A stretch of 64,000 bases of DNA, taken from NCBI RefSeq assembly GCF_009914755.1, contig NC_060925.1; one strand, written 5' to 3'. The stretch's first letter is position 1. Every line of letters starts with the position of its first letter. The translations under genes were made by a program, and so were the position numbers. The notes under the pieces were generated by a model. It searched no databases. It was not told the DNA's origin and saw only the letters and a program-made list of their open reading frames with translations. Origin of the DNA: the human T2T-CHM13v2.0 reference genome, Homo sapiens. Positions 32,319 to 43,389 of the stretch are shown piece by piece.

Positions 32319-33629
32319 GGAGTTAGGTACTTGAGGCTGAAATGTGTTTCAGCAGGAAAGTGTGCCGTGATCAATGAGCAATATCTGCCATGAGTGCTGG
32401 AAGGGAGCATGCTTGCATGCACATTAATGAAAGGGAGAGAATGGGTCTGCATGACATCTCTGCCATCTCCAACCTTGTACGCGTGGGGAATCTGAGGGGC
32501 AGAGCATGCAAGGTCTTATTTATTGCTCTGTCTCCAGTCCCAGAACAGTATCTGTCACACAATATCAGGAAAGGTCTGTGGAACTGAGTTGCATTACCCA
32601 GTTCTCCCAAGTGTCAATTTTGGGACTCTATTAAAATGAGACAAGTGGCTGTTTGGTGCGAAAACTCTTGCACATTTCAGGGGAGATTTTTCTGCAAAAG
32701 AACAGACTCCAAAGGAGGCTAGGAAATCAGAGTGGTGCCTTCTCCTGGTAGCTTTGTGATGCCTGGGCACAGAGGCTGGGAACAGACTGAAGAACCATAG
32801 CATAGCAGATTTGGCCTTTTTCAAAAAGATCAATTCAAAAATATTAAATATTGCAGCAGAGCCACAGAACCTCGAGTCTGAAAGCTCTAAGCAGACATTT
32901 AGTTCAATTCGGCTGAAACAAAACAAAACAAAACAAAACAAAACAAAACAAAACAAAACTCTGTGGACTGAGGTTCAAATCTCAGCTCCATCTATTTCTA
33001 GCTGCAGGGCCTTGGGCAAGTGACTTAACCCTTCTGATTCCATTTAGTTTCCTCATTTGTAAAACAAGGACAATGTGATCTCTAGCTCACAGGATTAAAT
33101 GAAATACGTAAGCAAACTGCCAGCCCAGTGCTTCATGTGGAAGTTTCATAGGAGTTTCCATTTTGCAAAGTGATAGCAAAAAATGTTAAAAAGAAAGAAA
33201 GAAAAAAGGACTCCAAAGAACACTAGGAGCTGTATTTCCAGCAAATATTCTATAACAGAGGCATATTTTACTGTCTATTCTATACCTTGCAGAATATTTC
33301 ACCCCTCACTTCTCCACTTGCCTTCAGGCCATAGTCTTGTCCTTTTCACCATTTCAATATGGCGTTCTGGGCTGACTCCAAAGGGCCAGATTCATTCCTT
33401 TACAACTCAACACCTACTATGTTCCAGGCCCCGGCCACAGCGCTAGGGCACGAGTTTTGTCCTCAAAAACCTCCTTTATTCCAGAGGGGACAAGGTGATG
33501 ACAGTCAGGCAGCCGGCTGTTCAGGGCGGCCATAGAGAAGTCCAGCTCTGCTGGCCCTGGGGAAGTTCCTTCCCGCTGGGCCTCGGTTTTCCCATCTGTG
33601 ACATGGGAACGTGGGCCTGGACCAAGAGA

Positions 33630-33990
33630 ACTCCGGAGGCCCTTCCCGCTCGGGCCCGGGGGTTGGGGAGGGGTGAAGTTCGTAGCGTGAGCAGGGTGAG
33701 AAAGGCGCGCCCCGCCGGGCCCTGACCCGTGACAGCCCGGCCCGGCCCGGGAGTGAGCCTGCAGCGAGGGATTAGCGCGGTAATAGCCGGGATTAGCGCA
33801 GGCTGCGAGCGCGTTAGTCACTAAACTGCGCGTTCGCATCCCGAGCCACCTCCCCTGGCCCCCGAGCTCCAATCACAAGCCAGGTCTCCACGCGCTGCCC
33901 GGGCGCGGGAGAAACTCCGGAGCCCATTGGCTCCGTGACCTGCAGGAGGGACTGGGGACATGCGGTGGCCCCTCCCTATAACCCAAAGGC
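33630..33990. promoter_or_regulatory. Orphan CpG-rich element (candidate enhancer/promoter)
   Basis: Local CpG cluster. GGGATTAGCGC twice (33768-33778, 33789-33799), TTAGTCA 33814-33820, CCAAT 33869-33873, ATTGG 33926-33930, TATAA 33977-33981. Confidence 0.6.
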
Positions 33991-34582
33991 CCCACCTCCC
34001 TCTTCGCGGAGGTCTAGCTCCCCAAAGCGAGCCCGTGTTTGTCGGTGGTCACGGGCATCCTGCACATTTGCGGCAGCTTGGCCTAGAAGTGCGACCATGG
34101 GCTTTGGGTTCGAATCCCACCTGAGCCGTTTGCCTGCTCCGTGACTTTGACAAGTTAAGCTCTCCAAGCTCCCAGTTTCCTTATGGGGTCGTGGTAAAAC
34201 TCATGATTAATAATAACAATAGCGAAGAAAGGGAAGGAGTAAGAAAGAGAGAAGACGAGGATGCCTAGGAATGGGAGCTATTTCTAGAACTTCTCTTCCC
34301 CGTTTTCCAGGTGGAGTAACAGGCTCAGGGAGGTTAGCTGCCTTTCTGCGAATCCCACAGCCAGAAGCAGAAGGCGCCCATGCAGCTGCGCCCTGTAGGG
34401 CTCATCCCTCCCCCAACGCTCAGGCTGCACCTGCCTCAGGGTCAGGACCTGGGGCCCTGCCCTTGTTTCTTCCGCTCTCTCCCAAGACTCTCCCTTAATC
34501 CTACTGCTTTGGCCCTGGCCAGGGTGAGGCAGCTCAAGGTCAAAGGTCTGAAAGAAGGAATGGGGACGTGCAAGGCCAAGTA

Positions 34583-34661
34583 TTAGGCTGGTGCAAAAGT
34601 AATTGCAGTTTTTGCTATTAGAAGTAATGGCAAAACCGCAATTATTTTTGCACCAACCTAA
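34583..34661. mobile_element. MADE1 (Hsmar1-derived mariner MITE)
   Basis: ta|ttaggctggtgcaaaagtaattgcagttttt ... aaaaccgcaattatttttgcaccaacctaa; ~80 bp near-palindrome. Confidence 0.93.
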
Positions 34662-34974
34662 AACTCAGGCTTCCTCGCTGAGGCACGGGGCAGGCTTCCT
34701 GTGGCAGGCAGAGGGCGGAGCCCCTTGCCCGGCCTGGCAAGAGAAGAGTGGGGCCCCTCTGTAATCCTATATTTGAACCCAGGACTTCGTGATTTCAGGA
34801 CCAAGCTCACAGCCTCTAGTTTTCAGATGATTCCATGGAGGTCAGGGCTACACCTCCTATTTACAGAGGAGGGAGACAAGGCTCAGTGTTTGTATTAGTT
34901 TTCTTGGATGCTGTAACAAATTAGAGCAAATCTGGTGGCTAAACAATATAAATTGATAAATAACAGAAACTTCT

Positions 34975-35283
34975 TATTTTCTTTATTTATTTATTTGAGA
35001 CAGAGTCTCGCTCTGTCCCCCAGGCTGGAGTAGAGTGGCACGATCTCAGCTCACTGCAAGCTCTGCCTTCCAGGTTCACGCCATTCTCCTGCCTCAGCCT
35101 CCTGAGTAGCTGGGGCTATAGGCACCTACCACCACGCCCGGCTAATTTTTTGCATTTTTTTTTTAAGTAGAGTTGGGGTTTCACCATGTTAGCCAGGATG
35201 GTCTTGATCTCCTGACCTCACGATCTGCCCGCCTCGGCCTCCCAAAGTGCTGGAATTACAGGTGTGAGCCACCTTGCCTGGCC
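34975..35283 (-). mobile_element. AluY-like
   Basis: ctgcaagctctgcc...gttcacgccattctcc; gttagccaggatggtc. Confidence 0.9.
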
Positions 35284-35332
35284 AAAACTCTTTATTTTTA
35301 ATTAAAAAGAAAAAGAAATTTGTGAGACAGGG

Positions 35333-38087
35333 TGATATGGTTTGGATTTGTGTCACAGCCCAAATCTCATGTGGAATTGTAACTGCCAATGTTGGAGGTG
35401 GGGCCTGGTGGGAGGTGACTGGATCATGGGGGCTGTTTCTCATGAATGGTTTAGCACCATTCCCTTCATGCTGTGCTCGTGACAGAGTTAGTTATTGCGA
35501 GATCTGGTTGTTTAAAAGTGTGTATCACCTCCCCCCTCACACTCTTCTTGCTCCTGCCCTGGCCATGCAAGATGTGCCTGCATCCCCTTCGAAGACATGC
35601 CTGCTTCCCATTTGCCTTCCATCAAGATGGTAAGTTTTCTGAGACTTCCCCAGAAGCCAAGCAGATGCCAGCATCATGCTTCCTGTACAGCCTGCAGAGC
35701 CATGAGCCAATTAAACTTCTTTTCTTTATAAGTTACCTAGTCTCATGTATTTCTTTATAGCAATGTGAGAATGGACTAATACAGAAAATTGGTGTCTCAT
35801 GTGTCCATGTGAAGAGACCACCAAATAGGCTTTGTGTGAGCAACAAGGCTGTTTATTTTACCTGGGTGCAGGCGGGCTGAGTCCGAAAAGAGTCAGCAAA
35901 GGGTGATGGGATTATCATTAGTTTTTATAAGTTGTGGGATAGGCAGTGGAGTTAGGAGCAATGTTTTGCGGGCAGGGGTTGGATCTCACAAAGTACATTC
36001 TCAAGGGTGGGGAGAATTACAAAGAACCTTCTTAAGGGTGGGGGAGATTACAAAGTACATTGATCAGTTAGGGTGGGGCAGAAACAAATCACAATGGTGG
36101 AATGTCATCAGTTAAGGCTATTTTCACTTCTTTTGTGTGTCTTCAGTTGCTTCAGGCCATCTGGATGTACACGTGCAGGTCACAGGGCATATGATAGCTT
36201 AGCTTGGACTCAGAGGCCTGACAATTGGTATTAAAGAGGGGGGCATTGCTGTAAAGATACTTGAAAATGTGGAAGCAGCTTCGGAACTGGATAACAGGCA
36301 GAGGTTGGAAGAGTGTAGAGGGCTCAGAAGAAGACAGGAAGATGAGAGAAAATTTGGAACTTCCTAGAGACTTGTTGAATTGTTGTGACCAAAGTGTTGA
36401 TGGTGTTATGGACAATGAAGACCACTCTGAGAAGGTCTCAGGTGGAAATGAGGAACTTATTGGGAACTGGAGTAAAGGTCACTCTTGCTATGCTTTAGCA
36501 AATAACCTGGCTGCATTGTGCCCCTGCTTTAGGGATCTGTGGAACTTCGAACTTGAGAGTGATGATTTAGGGTATCTGGTGGAAGAAATTCCTAAGCATC
36601 AGTGTTCAGGATGTGACCTGGCTGCTTCTAAATTCCTGTGTGCATATGTGTGAGCAAATAAATGACCTGAAACTGGAACTTATATTTTAAAGGGAAGCAG
36701 AGTGTAAAAGTTTGGAAAATTTGCAACCTGGCCATGTGGTAGGAAAGAAAAGCCTATTTTCAGGGGAGCAATTCAAGCTGGCTGCAGAAATGTGCATAAC
36801 TAAAAGGAAAGTAAGTGCTGATAGCTTGGAACACTGTTCCCTGCATCCCTGCTGCTCCAGCTCCAGCTGTGGCTAAAAGGGGCCCAGGTACAGCTTGGGC
36901 CACTGTTTCAGAGGGTGCAAGCCATAATTCTTGGTGGCTTCCACGTGGTGTTAAGCCGGTAGGTGCACAGAATGCAAGAGTTGAGGCCTGGAAGATTTCA
37001 GAGAATGTATGGAAAAGCCTGGATATCCAAGCAGAAGCCTGCTTCAGGGATGGAGCTCTTACGGAGAACCTCTAATAGGGCAATGCAGAGGAGAAATGTG
37101 GGGTTGGAGCCCCCACGAAGAGTCCCTAACTGGGGCACAGCCTAGTGGAGCTGTGAGAAGAGGGCCACCAAACTCCAGACCCTGGAATGGTGGAGCCATG
37201 GGCAGCTTGCACTTTGTACCTAGAAAAGCCGCAGGCACTCAATGCCAGCCCTTGAGAGCAGATGCAGGGGCTGAACCCTGCAAAGCCACAGGAGTGGAGC
37301 TACCCAAGGCCTTAGGAGCCCACCCCCTGCATCAGGATGCCCTGGATGTGGGACATGGAATAAAAAAAAGATTATTTTTGAGCTTTAAGATTTAGTGACT
37401 GCCCTGCTGGGCTTTGGAGTTTCAAGGGGCTTCTAACCACTTTATTTTGGCCAATTTTCCTTTTTGGAATGGGAGTATTTACCCAACACCTATACCCCCC
37501 TTATATCTTGGAAGTAACTAACTTGTTTTTGATTTTACAGGCTCATAGGCAGAAGGGACTAGCCTTCTCTCAGAAGAGACTTGGATTTTGGACTTTCAAG
37601 TTAATGCTAAAATAAGCTAAGACTGTTGGGAAAGCATAATTGTATTTTGCAATGTAAGAAGGATATGAGATTTGGGAAGGGCTGAGGTGGAATGATATGG
37701 TTTGGATCTGTGTCCCTGCCAGTGTTGGAGGTGCGGGCTGGTGGGAGGTGATTGGATTATGGGGGCAGTTTCTCATGAATGGTTTAGCACCATTCCTTTG
37801 GTACTGTTCTCATGATAGTGAGTTTTCACAAGATCTGGTTGTTTAATGAATAGCACCCACCACTCACACTCTTCTTGCTCCTGCTTTGGCCATGTAAGAT
37901 GTACCTGTTTGTCCTTCACCTTCCATCATGATTGTAAGTTTTCTGAGGCTTCCCCAGAAACCAAGCAGATGCCAGCATCATTCTTCCCATACAGCCTGTG
38001 GAAATGTGAGCCAATTAAATCTCTTTTCTTTATAAATTACCTAGTCTCAAGTATTTCTTTATAGCAATGTGAGAATGAATTAATACA
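35333..38087 (+). mobile_element. Full-length MaLR element (MSTA/B-like): 5' LTR 35333-35783, internal region, 3' LTR 37693-38087
   Basis: Two homologous LTRs tgatatggtttggat...taataca; 5-bp TSD CAGGG (35328-35332, 38088-38092) inside an AluJ; internal region with a decayed ORF (e.g. 36261-36653). Confidence 0.93.
35793..36223 (-). mobile_element. HERV-H solo LTR (LTR7 family, LTR7B-like)
   Basis: Minus strand begins TGTCAGGCCTCTGAGTCCAAGCTAAGC, has tandem CCCCACCCT repeats, TATAAAA and AATAAA; perfect 5-bp TSD ATTGG (35788-35792, 36224-36228). Confidence 0.92.
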
Positions 38088-38372
38088 CAGGGTCTTGCTC
38101 TGTTGCCCAGGATGGAGTGCAGTGGTTCAATCATAGTTCCCTGCAGCCTTGACCTCCTGAGCTCAAGCAATTCTCCTGCTTCAGCCTCCCAAGTAGCTGG
38201 GACCACAGGTGTGCACCACCACACCCAGCTAATTAAAACAATTTTTTTTAAAAAATAGAAACAGGGCCTCACTTTTTGCCCAGGCTGTTCCCTAACTCCT
38301 GGCCTCAAGTGATCCTTCTGCCTTGGCCTCCCAAAGTACTGAGATTACAGGTGTTAGCCACCATGCCTGGCT
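38088..38372 (-). mobile_element. AluJ body (its tail end lies at ~35290-35332, split by the MST element)
   Basis: gaga|caggg|tcttgctctgttgcccagg is reconstituted when the MST is removed. Confidence 0.88.
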
Positions 38373-38374
38373 GA

Positions 38375-38810
38375 AAAGAAACTTTTTATTTGAGGAATGT
38401 GAGCTCACTTATTTCTAAAGCCCAGAGAGCACTGACGTGTGACAGCATGTGATGGCAGCCATGTCTCACTCCCACTTTGAGCCAGATAATGACTTCTTGA
38501 AACCACTTGCTGTGTGGGGTCTAGACTGACTGATGCCAAGTAGCTATAAAATGCCATATGCTGGACACCATAACTCCTACTCTATCATTCAACAAGGTAT
38601 TGCCAATCATGGATCAATGTCATCTCTGTAATCCAGTCAGAATGCCTGTCAAACAACTGCGTATCCACTTTAAAAACCTGCTTGTAACAAAGGCTGGATG
38701 GAGCACTCCCCCAGACAACTTGGAAGTGTGTCCTGGGCTGCTGTCTTCAACACTGGCCCAAATAAACTCTCTATATTAATTTTGCCTCAGCTTCTTTCTT
38801 TAGGTCTACT
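38375..38810 (+). mobile_element. ERV1 solo LTR (MER65-like, tentative); first ~20 nt probably at ~34954-34972
   Basis: gaagtgtgtcctgggctgctgtc...cccaaataaactctctatattaattttgcctcag is the reverse complement of 18155-18227. Confidence 0.75.
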
Positions 38811-39841
38811 AAATTTGTTATCTTACATTCTGGAGGTCAGAATCACATCTTGTGTCTCACTGGGCTAAAATCCAAGGTCGGCAGGGCTGCATTCCTTTCA
38901 GGAGGCTCTGGGGGAAAAATCCATCTCCTTGCCTTTTTCAATTTCCAGAGACCACCCACCCTCCGGTTCTAGCTTCCTTCCTCCAGCCTCCAAGTCAGCA
39001 ATGTTGTGTCTCTCTGAACTTTCTTCCATAGTTGTGTCTCCCTGCAACCACAGCTGGGAAATTTCTCTGCTTTTAAGGATTCATATGATTAGATTGGACC
39101 CACTTGGATAATCCAGAATCATCACCTCATCTCAAAATCCTTACCCTTAACCACATCTGCAAAGGTCCTCTTGCCACGTTCACAGGTTCCAGGGATTAGG
39201 ACGTGGATATCCTTAGTGGGCCATCATTCTGCCTTGCACAGAAAGAGTAAGCATTCTGCCCCAAATAACACAGCCCAGAAGTAGCAGAGCCAGAACTTGA
39301 AGCCAAGCCCCAAATCCCAGTGACCTCTCCCACCGTGCTTTTCTGCCATTCTGGGTCTAACTTCTATTGATCAGGTGAGGGTTCACTCGAAGCTCACAGG
39401 AACTCTCTGAATTAATAAATCACTTTACAAATGAAGATGTCTCAGTAGGTGGTTGATAGATATGATTAGGGAGGACATACCTAAGGACATGCAGAAATGC
39501 CAAAGCTAGGAAACTGTCACGGCTGCCCATGGAAAGTCTGTCTTTCTGCCAGGGCTGGCCAAAAGATAGGGATTTGTTTCCCTATCTTTTGTTTAGCTGT
39601 GGCTCCTTTCAGTTGGAAGAAAACTGGCTGGTCTTGGCCAGTGTCCTCCACTGTGGGTTCTTTAGCCCTACCTGTATGCTTAGCCAGGAGACTCTGGGGC
39701 TTCACTGCAGATTTGCATTTGGGCAGATAACCTTGAGGTGATCAGCTAGCAGAAACTATGGAGAGAGGTGGAAGTATGGATGGAGCTGGAGGATGAGTAA
39801 CCCCCACTTCCTGCTCTTCTACAATCCACTATAATAACAAG

Positions 39842-40527
39842 TGTTGTGGGAATCAGGAGGACCAGAGAGACCTTGGGGTGTATACAGGAGGATCTTTATT
39901 GAGTGCACTCAGACCCAGCAGACTTAACATCCAAAAACTGGGCCCAGAACAAAGACAGCACTTGACTTCTATACACACTTCAAAAAGGGGGTGGGCTAGC
40001 TAGAAGCAGGCTTACAGTGGCACAAAGGCAAGGACACAGAGGCAGAACAAAGACAGTTAATCAAGTTGTGACAGGTTCATAACTCAGGATTACACATGAC
40101 CATTGCTATGCAGCCCAGATGTCTGTTATCTAGATTTCCTCTAGTGCCTAGCACAGACTTATCCCATAACCTTCACTATGGCAGCCAGGTGGCTGTATCT
40201 CAGGCCTGCTCAGATGGTTTATGACCTTCACTCCACTGCTTAGATAAAAGAGAATACTTCAAGTTACTAGTTACAGAGAACAGGAATCTATAAACTCATA
40301 CCGTAAGATAAAGGAAAATCTGTTTTTCTCCTCCCTATGTTGAGGGAGTGCTGGGAAAATCTCCAGGGCACATTCCTTTGTGTCCTGGCTTCTTAGATAG
40401 TATCAAGACTTTTCCTAGGTCTGGGCTGTGCCTGTTGCTGCCTCTGGGACAAGTCAGCCTAATACAGGAAAGCTTATTTCTCCTTTTTAAATTTTATTTT
40501 TCTTTCTTTCTTTAATTTCCCGCCTCA
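39842..40527 (-). mobile_element. ERV1-class solo LTR (family unassigned)
   Basis: Minus strand TGAGGCGGG...CAACA, AATAAA near the 3' end, 4-bp TSD CAAG (39838-39841, 40528-40531). Confidence 0.8.
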
Positions 40528-40534
40528 CAAGTAG

Positions 40535-41042
40535 TGAGGCAGGAGAATAGGGTCTGGAGGCAGGGAACCTAAGGCCAATTCACACTAACTTCCTAGAACT
40601 AAATCAAAAGGAAAACCCCAACTTTCCACGCCTAAGTAACAAAAAGACCAGAGGCTACTCCCTTTGCAAACCCACACCTTTTCTGCCTGGCAAATGGCAA
40701 ATTGAAAGTATCTCTGATTGGTTGCTTTCTTCAACCAATCATATGTTTGCATAGGAGTGTAATTTTTGTAACTTCACTTCAACCTCTGATTGGTTGTTGT
40801 CTGCAACCAATCAGACTGATTGCTGGCCAAGTCTTCGTGTGCATAGAAGTGCAACTTTGTAACTTCACTTTAACCTCTGATTGGTTGCTTTCCCCTGCTC
40901 AGGCTGCTTCCACACTGGAGTGTACTTTCATTTTCAATAAATCTGTACTTTCGTTGCTTTATTCTTTCCTTGCTTTGTTTGTGCATTTTGTCCAGTTCTT
41001 CATTCAAAACACCAAGATCCTAGACACCCTCCACTGGTAACA
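40535..41042 (+). mobile_element. MER51-family solo LTR
   Basis: TGAGGCAGGAGAATAGGGTCTGGAGGCAGGGAACCTAAGG start, multiple CCAAT/ATTGG boxes, AATAAA, 4-bp TSD GTAG (40531-40534, 41043-41046). Confidence 0.88.
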
Positions 41043-41125
41043 GTAGGGTTATGAGACCTTTATAAAAACAGTCAACTGAATTTCTTATGGGTACATTGTT
41101 GAAACTGTTTATATTTGTCAGGATA

Positions 41126-41840
<715 letters not shown>

Positions 41841-42695
41841 TATCAGATACTTTTCAGCAGCTACAAGTTGTAGAAAACCCAGTTCAACTAAAAATGGGAA
41901 TTTATTGGCCCATGGAACTGAAGTCATGGGTAGGTTGGCCTTCAGGTACAGCATGATCCAGCAGCTCATATATGCTCATTTCCATAGCCTCAGTATTAGG
42001 TCTATTCTCAGTCATACTCTCCTTTTGTGTTCCAAAGGTGGCTGCAAGAAGTTTCTGGAACTCTATGTTTTTAGATTCAAATGTGGTAGAACAGAAAAAT
42101 GTACCTCTCTGGTGACTTAAAAAAGTTCATACATGGGATCTTGTTGGCTCCAATTGGCCTGCCTTGGGTCATCTGTCCATTTTCCAATCAATAGCTGTGG
42201 CCAGAAGCATGGGATATGCTGATTGGCTTAAATCAATTGGTGCCTCCCTCTGAAGCTGAGAGTAGGTCAATTTCTCCCAAAGCTCCAAGTTGGCAAATTG
42301 GGAGTCCTTGTTAAAAAGGGAGACCAGAGTCCCTAGCCATTGTTCTTCCATTTATCATCATGTTCCCATTGTGAGAACACACAACTTTGCTCTTTCTGAG
42401 CAATGGGTATGTTTGTACCTATGGATCTCATGACTCTTATATGTGTGTATATGTGTGTGTGAGGGGGTGTGGAGTGAGGTGGGGTGGATTCAAATGATAA
42501 ATAAATTAGGGAGGAGAGAAAATGAAGGTCAAGGAAGATAAAGCTAGGAAGAATTAGCACATAGAAATTAATGTCACAAACTTGTTCTTTGTCCCAGGCT
42601 CTCTGAGCCTTAGTTTCCTCATCTATAAAATGAGACTACTAATTCCAACATCATGAAATTAAATGAGAGGAAGTCTGTAAAAGTTTGTGTAAATA

Positions 42696-42757
42696 CAAGC
42701 AGTTATAGATTTTTTTGTTCTCCTCCATTCCCACTGCTTTACTTGACTAGCCTAAAA
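42696..42757 (+). pseudogene. 5'-truncated Y3 RNA (RNY3) retropseudogene
   Basis: caagcagttatagatttttttgttctcctccattcccactgctttacttgactagcct matches the hY3 3' half (CAACCAGTTACAGATTTCTTTGTTCCTTCTCCACTCCCACTGCTTCACTTGACTAGCCT as I recall it). Short A tail; 17-bp TSD AAAAGTTTGTGTAAATA (42679-42695, 42758-42774). Confidence 0.9.
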
Positions 42758-42980
42758 AAAAGTTTGTGTAAATAGAAAGGAGTGGCCACTCTACCATTCA
42801 ACAATCACTCATGAAAAGTGCCTACTATGTGCCAGGCTCTGTGCTGGGGATCTAATGATGGGTAACACAGACATGATCCCTGGCCCAAAGGGAACAGAAC
42901 TTTCCAAGTACAAGAAATTATTTTTGTTATTATTAAAAGATGCTAATGCCAGAGGGGGATCTCCAACAAGTCACAGATGG

Positions 42981-43389
42981 TGCTATAGTTTGGATGTTTG
43001 TCCCCCAAAACTCATGTTGAAATTTGATTCCAGTGTTAGAGGTGGGGCCTAATGGGAAGCGTCTGGGTCATGGGAGTGGATTCCTCATGAATAGATGAAT
43101 GCCCTCCCTTGGAGGTGAGTGAGTTCCTTATCTACTAGCTCCTGTGAGAGCTGGTTGTTAAAAGAGCCTGGTACCTCCTGCTTGCTCTCTTGCTTCCTCT
43201 CTTGCCATGTGATCTCTGCACATGCCAACTCCCTTTCACCTTCCTCCATGAGTGGAAGCAGCCTGAGGCCCTCACCAGATGCCTCCTGGACCTTCCAGCC
43301 TGCAGAACCATGAGCCAAATAAACCTCTTTTCTTTGTAAATTGCTCAGCCTCAGGTATTCCTTCCTAGCAACACAAAATTGATAAGACA
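42981..43389 (+). mobile_element. MSTB-like MaLR solo LTR
   Basis: tgctatagtttggatgtttgtccccc...taagaca; flanks GATGG/GATGT. Confidence 0.88.

Larger units (their letters stand above)
34891..39240 (-). mobile_element. MLT1(C/D)-like LTR split by a nested insertion stack (pieces ~34891-34953 and ~38811-39240)
   Basis: tgtattagttttcttggatgctgtaacaaatt...ggctaaacaa resumes as aaatttgttatcttacattctggaggtcagaa...cattctgccttgcaca. Confidence 0.75.

Noticed and set aside
36261-37395. ORFs in the MST internal region (also 15445-16002)
   Set aside because: Fragmented remnants of the MaLR internal ORF with stops and frameshifts, not a host gene
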